Shown one piece after another: positions 42,329 to 53,650 of a stretch of 64,000 bases of DNA (its first letter is position 1; each line of letters starts with the position of its first letter). The notes under the pieces are model-generated. The model made no database searches. It had not been told where the DNA came from and saw only the letters and a list, made by a program, of their open reading frames with translations. Position numbers and translations under genes: made by a program. Where the stretch lies: positions 61,134,001 to 61,198,000 of the forward strand of contig NC_087437.1 in NCBI RefSeq assembly GCF_036321535.1, in the 5' to 3' direction. The stretch comes from Camelus dromedarius (lineage: Eukaryota).

Positions 42329-42440
42329 AGGGCACTGACCTCCAGGGGGTCAATCCCCTGGGCCCCGCCCTAGCAAAGACACAGGCTGACTCAGCTTCCT
42401 CTAACCATTACTGCAGGAGCGCTCCCTGGGTCATTCATCT
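42329..42440. promoter_or_regulatory. Cluster of FXR/RXR IR-1-like elements with GC box and ARE/AP-1 palindrome upstream of SLC51A
   Basis: AGGGCAcTGACCT 42329-42341; GGGTCAaTCCCCT 42347-42359; CCCCGCCC 42363-42370; GCTGACTCAGC 42385-42395; GGGTCAtTCATCT 42428-42440. About 1.4 kb upstream of the ATG. SLC51A is an established FXR target. Confidence 0.7.
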
Positions 42441-43114
42441 CTAGCCCACTGAGAGGCCTTGAGGTTAATTGCCTAGAGCCCTGAACTTTAGACTTCCCTA
42501 GAGCAGAACACAGGGTGCTGAGGATATTCCCTGAAGCTTCTTCAGGACAGAACTGGGGACTGAGAGAGGTAAGGCAGGGGGTTTGGAGAGCAGCGGCAGT
42601 TGGAAAGGGAAGGCTACTGGGCTGATCCCCGGTGTTTCGGCAGCTGGGCAGCAGTAGCGGGGAGGAGCAGAGGAGACAGGGTTAATTCTCAGGATGGATG
42701 TTGATGAGGGAGGAATGATGGGGCATTGGTGAGAGGGAGGGCTTCAGTCTGATGTGGTACTTCTGCCCCACCCGAAGTCCCTCAGTGGCTGTGGATTAGT
42801 TACGGCTGGTCCATCCAGAGCTAAGGCGTGGCAAGATGAGCTGGATCCGATTCTTCTCTTGGTAATTTTGGATGGCTCCCCGTCAAACACAGATTTTTAG
42901 AATCCAGCAGAACAAATTCTTCATTTATGTTTTTTGGTTTAATATTCCCCACAAAATCATGTTAACATGATAAGACACCTATCACTTCAGTTTTGGCTTT
43001 TTCAGTGTAAGGGTTATTTTTGAAAAAACAAACCAACCACAAATTTCATCAATTTTCCCTAGGGCTCCTCATTTGATATTTCAAGGCCATTCTCTTTTCA
43101 AATTTTTCTTACTG

Positions 43115-44330
43115 ACACCATTTTAGTAATTTTAAAGTGTATGATCCAGTGTTTTTTTAGTGTATTCATAATGTGCCACCAACACCATTAATCTAATTGC
43201 AGAATATTTTCATCCCCAGAGAAACCTCGTATTTCTCAGTTCCTCTCTCCTCCCATCCCCTTGCAATCATTAATCTACTTTCTGTCTCTATGACTTTGCC
43301 TGTTCTGGACATTTCATCTAAATAAAATCATACAACATGTGGCCTTTTGTATTTGACTTCTTTCATCTGGCATAATGTCTTCAAGGTTTATCCATGTTGT
43401 AACATGCATCAGTACCTCATTCCTTTTATGACTGAATATGCCACATTTATTTTGTGAATATGCCACATTTATTTCAGCTGACGGCATTTATTCACCAGCT
43501 AATGGACATTTGAGTTGTTTCTATTTTTGGGCTATTATGAAAAATGCTGCCACTTTGCTGAACTCACTTGTTACTGCTAATTGAGTGTGTGTGTTTGTGT
43601 GTGTGTGCGTGTATGTGTATTCTTTAGGGCTTTCAAAATCCAAGCCCTAATGCAATTTGCAATGTCACCTGCAAATGGGGATATTTTTACTTATTTCTTT
43701 CCAATGTGAATACTTTTCTTTTTCTTGCCTAATTACTCTAGCCAGAACTTCCAGTACAATGTTAAATAGAAGTGCAAAAGCCAGTATACTTGTCTTCTTT
43801 CTAATCTTATAGGGAAAATTTTCAGTCTTTCATTATTAATTATGATGTTAGCTGTGGATTTTTCATAAATGCCCTTCATCAGGTTGAGGAAGTTCCCTTC
43901 TATTCCTAGCCTGTTGAGGAATCATGGAAGAATTTTGCCAAATGCTTTTTCTGCATTGAGATTGATTTTTTTTTTCTTTCACTTTACTAATGTGGAGTAG
44001 TACATTGATTTTTGTATGATGAGCCGCTCTTGCATTCCTGGGATAAATCTCCATTGGTCATAGTATATAATCCTTTTAATATGCTGCTGGATTCAGTTTG
44101 CTAATTTTTTTTGAGGATTTTGCATCATATTCATAAAGGATATTGGTCTGTATTTTGGGTGCGTGTATGTAATATCTTCATCTGGCTTTGGTATCATTGC
44201 AATGTTAACTTCATATAATAAATTAGGAACTGTTCTTTCTTCTTTCCCCTTCTATTTCTTAGAAGAGTTTGAGAAAATTGGTGTTCATTCTTTAATATTT
44301 AGTATACTTTACCAGTGAAGCCATAGGCCA
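43115..44330 (-). mobile_element. Old L1 fragments with internal (TG)n microsatellite (about 43584-43620)
   Basis: L1M 3'UTR and ORF2-like motifs (ttgaggaagttcccttctattcctag); boundaries approximate. Confidence 0.75.
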
Positions 44331-44499
44331 TTTTTTTTTTTTAAGAGCCTGCCATGTTGTCAACCTTACTGATTCCCCCTTCTTCAATTTTAAGCTGTTT
44401 TAGACTAGCCCCTTATTGGATGATTACTTTTGGGGGCATTTAAATGGTATTCTCTATTTAAAAAAACAAAAAACAAAAATAAATCAACAAGCCAAACCA

Positions 44500-44700
44500 A
44501 ACACACAGATAGAACAGATTAGCGGTTACCAGAGGGAAAGGGCAGGAGGGAGGGTGGAATGGGTAAAGGGATTAACTGTATGGTGATGGGTGGAAACTAC
44601 ATTTTTGGTGGTGAGCATGCTGTAGTGTATACAGATGTAGAAATATAATGTCATACACATGAAACTTATATAATGTTATAAACCAATGTTACTTTAATAA
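44500..44700 (+). mobile_element. L1 3' end (L1MA-like)
   Basis: gaacagattagcggttaccagaggg...ataaaccaatgttac; boundaries approximate. Confidence 0.7.
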
Positions 44701-45699
44701 TTTTTTTAAATTGAAAATTTTAAATTATATTCTAATTCCACTTCTATCAATATCACAAAGTTCTGTTGCCTTTGCAAGATTTTAAATGTCACTTTGTGAT
44801 TAGTGTCATTGTACCTGCACTTCGTATTGTTTTGCATTGCAGTTGAGATAGAAAAGGAAGATGCTAGTATTAAATTAAAGGTGATGTTTGAGTGGGGCCT
44901 CATTTCTCATTCGCTAGTGAATATTTTTGTGTTCTGATGTCTTTGTTTACTACATAACATCATAAGTTTAGGGACTCAGATGATGACAACTAAGACACAA
45001 AAAGCCCCCTGGATTCTAAACTACAAACATCGAAATACATGGTGTTAAATTCAATAAATTATGAAACAAAAAGTCCACAGATTCTAGAGATTAGCAGGCA
45101 CATGTATTTAATAGGGAATATTTTGGGAACAGCACTTGTGGAAAGGGAGGAGCAGAGGGAGAAGCCAATCTGTGATAAGGGCCCAATAAAACCTCAGCCA
45201 CCCAGAAGGTCACATGGGGGCTGGGATGGCCCCACAGAATTGTCCTGCACTGGGGCAGTGTCTGGCCCTTTATATCCTGATGTTGACCAGTCCTTGGATG
45301 CAAGCTACCCCTGGAAGGAGGTGGGGCTTTGAGTGAGGCAATTTTCTTTAGGGCAGGCAATCCCCAAGCTGAAGCTCTCTTCCAGCAATCAGAGGGATAA
45401 ATTCTTCGTTCCTGAAGTGGGGTCTGGGAGGTACCTCATAGAGCTCCCCGCAGACCTTAGTACATATGAAGAACTTAGTATCTGTCGTAAGAGAGAAAGG
45501 AAAGCTTTCTCTCTGCTGGAACAATTGATTACAACAACGTGGGGGAAATATACGATTAGACCATTGCCTTACACTTTACCCTTACGTTAATATCAGATAA
45601 AGAGTTCCATGAAAAAGGAAACAAGAAATATAGTTATATATGTATCAGCTAGAAGGAAAGGAAAAGACACAGAAGTGAGGTCAGACAATGCTAAGGAAA

Positions 45700-46615
45700 T
45701 GATCCATAGATTTGATTACATAAAACAACAAAAACTTTACATTAAATACTGCATGCAAAATTAACAGGCAAACAACAAATTGGGAACATATTTGCAATAA
45801 AGACAGCCCCAAATTTTAATATAAAAAGCTCCTGCAAATTAGAAAAACCCAACACTTCCATTAAAAGCACATGAGATACCACCTCACATCCATTAGGATG
45901 TTATTTTAAAATATTCAAAATATTAAAAAGAAAACAAAAAGTGTTAGCAAGGATGTGGGGAAATTGGAGTCCTTCATTATTGGTGGGAATGTAAAATAAA
46001 TGACGCAGCTGCTTCTTCAAAAAATTAAACACAGGATTACCGTATGACCCAGGAATTTTATTTCTGATATATACCTAAAAGAATGAAAGCAGGAACTTGA
46101 ATAAATATTTGTGGACCTACATTCATAGTAGCATTATTTACAATGCCTGAAAAAAAACAACCTAAATGTCCATCAACAGATGAATGGATAAATAAAATGT
46201 GGCATATACCTACAATTAAATGTTATTCAGGAAGGAAATTCTGCTACATGCTACAAATACCAAGTTCCAGGACTGGTTAAACCCAAGGATGAATCTTGAG
46301 GATATTCTGAGAAGTGGAATAAGCCAGACACAAAAGACAGATGTTGAATGATTCCAATTTTATGAGGTACTTAAAATAGTCAGATTTATAGAGACACAAA
46401 GTAAGAGTGGTTACCAGGAACTGGTGAGAGGAGGAATCAGAAGTCATTATTTAATGGGTATAGAGTTTCCACTTGGGATGATGAAAAATTTCTGGAATGG
46501 ATGGTAGTGATGGTTGTGCAACAATGTAAATGTACTTAATGCCATAGAGCTGTACACTTAAAATGGTTAAAATGGTAACTTTTATGTTATATATATTTAC
46601 CACAATAAAAAAAGA
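45700..46615 (+). mobile_element. Old L1 (L1MB-like) 3' fragment
   Basis: aatgtccatcaacagatgaatggataaataaaatgtgg ... cacaataaaaaa. Confidence 0.8.
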
Positions 46616-48115
46616 GAAAAATACCTCCCCATTTGAAATGTGAGCAAACAAAAGATGTACAAAGGCAATTCACAACACAACTACAATTAAATGACCCATA
46701 AGAGTATAAAAATATTTAATCTCATAAGTAATTTAAGGAGATACAAATTAGAAGATCAAGGTATCATTTGTCATCTATAGAATTAGAGAAATTGTTTTAC
46801 ATTACTATTTAACTACAGTGTTAGTATTATGATATGGCTGTCTTCAAAACAGTAATATAAACATGTACCAACTTTCTAGGAAGCATTGGCAGATTATGCA
46901 AAAGATGTTTAAAAAAGTCACACTCATTGACCCCAAATCCAACAGTTAGGAATCTCTTCTAAAGAAACAGTTGGAGATGCAGACATTTGGATAATGGCAG
47001 AAGGCACCAATGGAACAAAGAACTCGAGGAAGCGAGGGAGCAAGCTCTGCGAATATACGTGGCAGAGAATTCCAGGGAAGGAGAACAAATGTGAAGGACC
47101 CAGGGCTGGCACATACCTGGTATGTCCGGGGAACAGCAAGGAGGCCAGTGTGCCTGACTGGCATGGAGTGAGTTAGGGGCTGAGTGTTAGGAAATGAGGT
47201 TGGAAAGTTAGTGGGCCCCATCAGGGAGGGCCTTGAAGGCCACATTAAGAACTTTGAACTTTACTTGCTCCGGTTTTAAACAGACAGTTGCTGCGTCTCC
47301 GCATACTCCTCAGTTGGTAGGTGGTAGCAGTTCTCAGGCTAACAGGTGGCGCCCGAGTCACAGGCCGTGCACTAGCTGCAGGAGGGGCTTGGAATGCGGG
47401 TTTGTAGCACTTTTCAGTTCCAGGTGGGATGGGGAAACAGTCTTTGCCCTTCATCACGACTTATAGTACAAGGGTTCAGACACTCAGTGGCTAAAACACA
47501 TGACAAATATCAGCTGTATGCGCCACACAATCCAGTTACTTCCCATACAATGCGCAGCTCAGAGGGAGGTGGCCCAAGGCTGGGGCAGTGGCTCAATGTC
47601 ATCTGTGCCTTTCTGTCTGTGCCCCATATTGACTTAATGACTGACGGCTCAAGGTGACACTTCAGCCAGCATGTCTAGGTTCAGAACAGGAAGAAAGGGA
47701 CAGAGCTGCCCCAACTGTCTTTTCTCCCTTTATCAGGAAAGCAAAACTTTTCTAGAAACCCTCGGGCATTCACTTATGTCTCTGTGTCATGAAGCTAACC
47801 CTGGAAATGAGGGAAGATCTATCTGCCTCTTCCCCCAAAGTGCAATTTTGTAATAACAAAAAGGAAAAAAAAGTGGAGATAGAGCAATGCGCATTGTGTG
47901 CTTCAATTAGCAGCAAGCCTGAAAGGGTGAGTAGAATCACCTTCTCCCCATGAGTTTCTCCAATCTCACGAGGTCTCAAAGCCAACCTCTCATGGGCAGG
48001 ACCTCTCAGTCCCCAGCACAAGCAGGGTGGGGGGAGGTTGCTGTCGGACAGGACAGTCACAGGCTCCAGACTGTTCAGCGGAAGAGTTCCTAGCCCCCAT
48101 TCTCCTTGGCTTCTG

Positions 48116-48123
48116 TGATGTCA
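48116..48123. promoter_or_regulatory. CRE-like element in the ZDHHC19 proximal promoter
   Basis: TGATGTCA, one mismatch from TGACGTCA, about 135 nt upstream of the ATG. Confidence 0.35.
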
Positions 48124-48254
48124 CACTGGGACTGCTTTCCTTCCACCCTGGGCTGTGGCTTCCAAGGCTGCTGTGACCATGGGGCTCCTGGAGCCAGCAG
48201 AGGGGAGGGAGCCTGGAGGCTCTGATCCCCCCTGGGGGCACAGAAGGTCCAGCC

Positions 48255-48400
48255 ATGCCGCTCTTGAAGGATGCCACACCCCACATGAAGGAGAGCCATC
48301 CCCTGCCTCAGGCCCTACTCCCCTGGATCCTCCCAAGCCTGTTTGCTGCCTTCAACGTAGTGCTGCTGGTCGTTTTAAGTGGCCTCTTCTTCGCATTCCC
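48255..48400 (+). CDS. ZDHHC19: Palmitoyltransferase ZDHHC19, exon 1 coding part
   Basis: gccATG, MPLLKDATPHMKESHPLPQALLPWILPSLFAAFNVVLLVVLSGLFFAF(P), donor GTGTGT; 146 nt. Confidence 0.92.
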
Positions 48401-48732
48401 GTGTGTATCCCACACAAGCTGGCAGATTTCCTAGAGTGACAGAAAGGACAACACATAATGATAGAATGGTGTTGGGGGCTGCTGAAAAAGGGTCAGGGAA
48501 GGAAGGGTGCTCTAGGCCGAGGGAACTGAATGGGCCAAGGCACAGAGGCATAGAGCACTTGGTGCATTTGGCTGGTAATACTGGGTGACATGTGGTGGAG
48601 TCTCTATGGATCTGTCCCTAGCCTGGATATTTACAGCAGAATTTATGGTCTGTGGGTCCTGACCAGGTGGACTGGGTCCTGGGGGAGCTTCAGGCCTCCC
48701 CAGATCAGGGCTGAGTCCTGCTCTGATCTCAG

Positions 48733-48854
48733 TTGCAGGTGGCTGGCCCAGAACGGGGAATGGGCCTTTCCCGTCATCACAGGCTTCCTCTTTGTCATCA
48801 CCTTCTTCAGTCTTGTTTCTCTCAACTTCTCAGACCCTGGCATCTTGCATCAAG
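48733..48854 (+). CDS. ZDHHC19: ZDHHC19 exon 2
   Basis: CRWLAQNGEWAFPVITGFLFVITFFSLVSLNFSDPGILHQ (DPG motif); AG/GTGAAA; 122 nt. Confidence 0.95.
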
Positions 48855-49418
48855 GTGAAACACTGGCCCCCGGGGAGAAGGAGGTAGCACCCTAAAGGGC
48901 TCCTGCCTGCCGGGGGTGGGGCGGTTCCTTAAGTGCTCCTCCCATCTCCCTGCTTGGGGTCTCAGGACTCCTTCACCCCATGTTCTCATTCGCTCAGGCC
49001 CTGCTTCTGGCACTTCATTTCCTAAGCCATGGAGATGTAGAAAAGCAGGATTCTAGAGGTTTTGCAGTTGCCTTGGAGGAGAGGGCCAGGGCAGGCTGGA
49101 GAGAGAAGCCAGCTTTTCACAACCACTCAGTTTTCTCTTCCTTCTGCCCACTGCATAAGCTCCCTCAAACATCAATCACATTGCCAAAGGCCTGAGTTCT
49201 CAAAGAACTCCTGGGTCTGGCAACCCACCTCCCCTTTGACTGCCAGCCTTTCTGAGCTTGGTCAGCTTACTCAGTGGGGACTAGAGATGCCCCTATCCAC
49301 CTCATCCCCACCCCTCCTGGAGCCCAGTGATGCTGTGGGGCTGCCTACCCACACCCTTCTGCTGCAGCCGACTGAGGGAAGGGCCTCTTGCTGCTACTCA
49401 GTCCTCTTCCCATGACAG

Positions 49419-49558
49419 GCTCCAACGAACAGGGCCCCATGATGGTGCATGTGGTATGGGTGAACCACAGGGCCTTCCGCCTGCAGTGGTGCCAAAAGTG
49501 CTGCTTCCACCGCCCTCCCCGGACCTACCACTGCCCCTGGTGCAACATCTGTGTGGAG
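49419..49558 (+). CDS. ZDHHC19: ZDHHC19 exon 3 (Cys-rich domain)
   Basis: SNEQGPMMVHVVWVNHRAFRLQWCQKCCFHRPPRTYHCPWCNICVE; AG/GTGAGT; 140 nt. Confidence 0.96.
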
Positions 49559-50348
49559 GTGAGTGCCCCTCTCGCCTGCCTACCTACCCTCCCAGCCCCT
49601 GCCTGGGATCAGAAGACCCATTCGCACGGGGCCGGTGATGAGAGTGAAACCACTTCCAGGACTGCAAAGGACCAAGGGTGGCAGTAACTCCCAGCCACTC
49701 TTGGTCACTCATGCAGGTCAATGCCTCTGTGCCTGCACCTGTTCTGGGAGGCTAGTCCTTACCCACACTGGTGCTGACATGCAGAAGGGCATCCACACCT
49801 ATGCTGAGCCTGGTCAGACCCAGGGGAGGAAAGACACCCCTGTCCTACCCAGGGCTTGCTGACACTAGATGCCCAAGACCCTCAGGCTGACTGCAGGGGA
49901 ACTTGCCTATCCTCTTCTGGTTGTCCGTGCAAGTGGGTCTCCTGGGCTCTGAATGCTTGTCTTTTATGTGCACAACCTGGGAGGCTGGCTGGACAAGGCT
50001 GTTATTATTACGCTCAGCCAATGTATGAGGAAACGGAGGCCCAGAGGTAGTCTATGTCCTGCTCAAAGTTACACCAGGATGTGTCCCACTGAAGATCGGG
50101 CAGGCCTTGCCTCTAAAGGCCTCTTGACATTCAGTTTTGTGAGTGAGCCTCAGAGCCCTACGGTGCCCTAACCACAGAGATGCCAGCATCGTTAGGGACT
50201 TTGTGGCTCAGTTTCTTCCCAGGAAAGGGAGCCAGTACGTGGGGCAGGTGACTTAGCGGGTGTGGGGGTAAGACCTCAGATTTAGGGGCTATGGAGGCTG
50301 GGTCAGAGGTTGTGTCCTCGAGGCCTGACCCCTTTCCCACTTGCCCAG

Positions 50349-50521
50349 GACTTTGACCACCACTGCAAGTGGGTCAATAACTGCATCGGTCACCGCAACT
50401 TCCGCTTCTTCATGCTGCTCGTCCTGTCCCTATGCCTTTACTCGGGCGCCATTTTAGTCACCTGTCTGATTTTCCTGGTGCGCACGACCCACCTGCCGTT
50501 CTCCATGGACAAGGCTATCGC
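50349..50521 (+). CDS. ZDHHC19: ZDHHC19 exon 4 (DHHC motif)
   Basis: [57 protein letters not shown]; donor GTATCC; 173 nt. Confidence 0.96.
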
Positions 50522-50913
50522 GTATCCGCCAGGCTGCGGGACCCACTAGGGGAGTCGTGGGGAGCGCGGGGACAGCCGAGGGGCGGAGTCACGCGGACAG
50601 AGCTAATGATGGGCAGGGTTAAACAGAGAAGCCGCTCCGGAGGACCAGTCTGGGACCAGGTGAGGTCAGGGAAGAGGGATGGGGCTAGGAGGGCCTATGA
50701 AGCGTTGAGCATTTAGCAGGACCCTGGATGAGGAGTGCTAGAGGTGGCACGGGGGCCTGGACCGCAGGGTAGGTCGAGGTTGAAGTTTACAGCCTGGGGA
50801 GAGGATGCGCCGGGCTGGTTGCGGGAGGGGCTGCTGGAGCGGGGGCGGGGACCGGCTGAGGGGCGGGACCAGGGAGGACATTCTGGTTGCGCTGCTCCTT
50901 AGCTTGTGCGCAG
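50522..50913 (+). other. Probable U12-type (minor spliceosome) GT-AG intron of ZDHHC19
   Basis: 5'ss GTATCCGCC; branch-point-like TCCTTAG at 50896-50902 just before cgcag|; no polypyrimidine tract. Confidence 0.7.
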
Positions 50914-51019
50914 CATCGTGGTGGCTGTACCCGCCACCGGTTTCCTGGTGCCACTCTTCCTGCTCCTGCTGATCCAGGCCATGTCGGTGAGCGCGGCCGA
51001 GCGTTCCTACGAAGGCAAG
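50914..51019 (+). CDS. ZDHHC19: ZDHHC19 exon 5
   Basis: IVVAVPATGFLVPLFLLLLIQAMSVSAAERSYEGK; AG/GTACGC; 106 nt. Confidence 0.94.
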
Positions 51020-51729
51020 GTACGCGGGGCCGAGCGGGGCGCCAAGATACCGGGCTGTGGGCGGTTCCCTGGCGCCTCCGGGACTTCCGCACTTCCAGTC
51101 TTTCTCCTTCTCCCTGGTCCTTGATTGCCTGACCTCCCTGGAAGGTGCCTCATTAGCCCTTCCAGACCCAGATTCAGCTCAAATCTCACCTCCCTCTGGA
51201 GCTCGGTGGTCACTCTCCTTTCTGGGTGCACTGCGTGGAGGGACTACTCTGTGTGGGCCGCGTACGCATTATTTTGCGCGACGGGCTTAGAGGTGTGTAA
51301 GGCTGCATCCTACGCTCGTGTTCACAAGGAACCTTAAATCCGAGGAACACCCTCCAGACATCCGTAAACACTGAGAGGGGCCTACCCTACGTAGTGCAGT
51401 ACAGACTCGGAGAGGGCATCGAGAGTGCAGTGAGGACCGCAGGGTGAACTAGGACGTGCCACGCAGTGGTTTGGAGGAAGTCTGTGGGGAGGGCACTGCA
51501 GTGTGGGGCGAAGCTTGCAAAAAAAAAAAAAAAAAAAAGCAGGGAGGCCTGAAAGTCTGTGGAATGTTGATAGGATGATGAGGAAACAGTTCTAATTGGA
51601 GCAGAAGGTGGCATGGGAAAGCAAGTGGAACGCCTGGGATTGGCCAGATTTAAAAGGCAAAAGAGTCATGCGGATAATTTAATCTTGGTGCAGTAGAACC
51701 TGGAAGCCTTGATAGGATTTTGTTTTCTT

Positions 51730-53650
51730 TACATACAGTAAAATTCACCCTTTTTTAGTGCACAGTTGTATGAGTTTTGAGAAATACATACAGCCCACTA
51801 ATCACCGCCACAATCAAGATTTAGAACGGTTCCATCTTCCCCGGAAGTTCCCCACGGCCTTTCATAGTCAGCTTCTCTCCCTACCTTCAGCCCCTGGCAA
51901 CCACTGGTCTGTCTTCTATTCCAATAGTTTTCCCTTTTTCAGAATCTCATGTAAATGCAGTCATAGCTTTTTGAGCCTCATTTCTTGCACTTAGCATAAT
52001 GCATTTGAGATTCATCCATGTTGTTGCCCATATTAGTAGTTTCCTCCTTTTTAATTGCTTGTGGTGTTCTGTCATGTGGCTATGGCACACACAGCTTGTT
52101 TACCCATTCGCCAGCTGAAGGATATTTGAGTTGTTTCCAGTTTTTGGTGTTTATAAATAAAGCCACTATAAACATTGGTGTACAGGCATGTGAATACAAG
52201 TTTTCATTCTGGTGAGGGGTATATACTTAAGGGTGACATTGCTGAGTAACTGTATGTTTAACTTTATAAGAATCTCCCAAATTGTCTTCCAAAATGGCTG
52301 TACCATTTTGCATTCCCATAAGCAATGGATGAGAAATTCCAGTTGCTCTGCATCATTGACATCTGAAGTTGTCAGTTTTTGTTTTTTTTTTTTTTTAACT
52401 TAGCCAGTCTAATAAATGTGTAGATGTGTAGTGATATCTCATTGTGGTTTTAATTTGCATTTTCCTAATGACTAATGATTTTTGAACATCATTTTATGTT
52501 CTTTTCTGCCATCAGTGTATCTTTGATTAAATGTCTATTCCAATCTTCTGCCCATTAAAAAAATTGTTTTCTTAATATTGAGTTTTAAGAGTTATTTATG
52601 TATTCAGGATTCAGATATGTGTTTTGCAAATATTTTCTCCCAGTTTGTGGCTTATCATCTCATTTTTAAAACAGTGTCCTCCAAAGATCAAGTTTTAAGT
52701 TTTGATGAAGTACATTATCAATTTTTCTTTTATGAATTGTGTTTTTGTGTGTAATTAAGAAGTCTTATCTTAACCCAAGGTCACAAAGATCTTCTTATAT
52801 GTCTTCTTCTAGAAGTTTTATAGTTTTAGGTTTTATATTTAGGACTATGATTCATTTGGGGTTAAATTTTGTATATGATGCAAGGCATGGGTCAAGATTT
52901 ATTTTTTTGCATGTGGGTTGTGCCAGCACCATTAAAAAAAAAAGACTGTCCCTTCCATTGAGTTGCCTTTGCACATTTGTCAAAAATCTATTAGGTGTGG
53001 GTGTATTTCTGGACACTCTATTCTTTTGCCACTACCACACTATCTTGATTAGTAGCTTTGGTCTGAAATCATGCAATGTGAATTCTCCAACTTTGTTCTT
53101 TTTCAGAGTTCTTTTGGCTATCCTAGTTACCTTGACTTTCCATAAAAATTTTAGAATCAATTTGTCATTTTCTGCAAAAAAAATTTGCTGAGATTTTCAT
53201 TTGGATTGTGTTGAACCTATGGATCAATTTTGAAAATTGTCAATTTAACAATATTGAGTTTTAAGAGTTCATAATTCCATGAATGTGGTATACCTCTCCA
53301 TTTATTTAGGGTCTTCTTTGATTTCTTTCATTAGTGTCTTATAGTTTTTAGCATATAGATCTTGCCTACATTGTGTTAGATTTTTTCTAAGTAAGTTTTC
53401 GTGTTATTATGATTTTTAAAAATTTCATTTCCATTTATTTATTAAAGAAAAATCAATGGATTTTTGATATTAGTCTTGAATCTTGCAATTTTTCTGGACT
53501 CATTTTTTAGTTCTAATAGCTTTTTTGTTGATTCTACATAGAAAATCATGTCATCTGTGAAAAGGGCAGTTTCATTTCTTCCTTTCCAACATGTATGGCT
53601 TTATTTCTTTTTCTTTTCTTACTGCACTGTCTTGGAGTACTGTGCTGACT
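51730..53650 (-). mobile_element. Old L1 fragment in ZDHHC19 intron 5
   Basis: AT-rich block with L1M 3'UTR and ORF2 motifs; boundaries approximate. Confidence 0.8.

Larger units (their letters stand above)
50380..51460. promoter_or_regulatory. Intragenic CpG-island-like region over ZDHHC19 exons 4-5
   Basis: Visibly CpG-dense and GC-rich compared with the CpG-depleted window, with several GGGCGG boxes; ratio not computed. Confidence 0.65.

Noticed and set aside
43433..43474. 22-nt-period tandem duplication (tgaatatgccacatttattt x2)
   Set aside because: Two copies only, inside a decayed L1; ordinary slippage, not an array.
52739..53191. 150-aa hydrophobic ORF
   Set aside because: Antisense reading of a decayed L1 ORF2 fragment.
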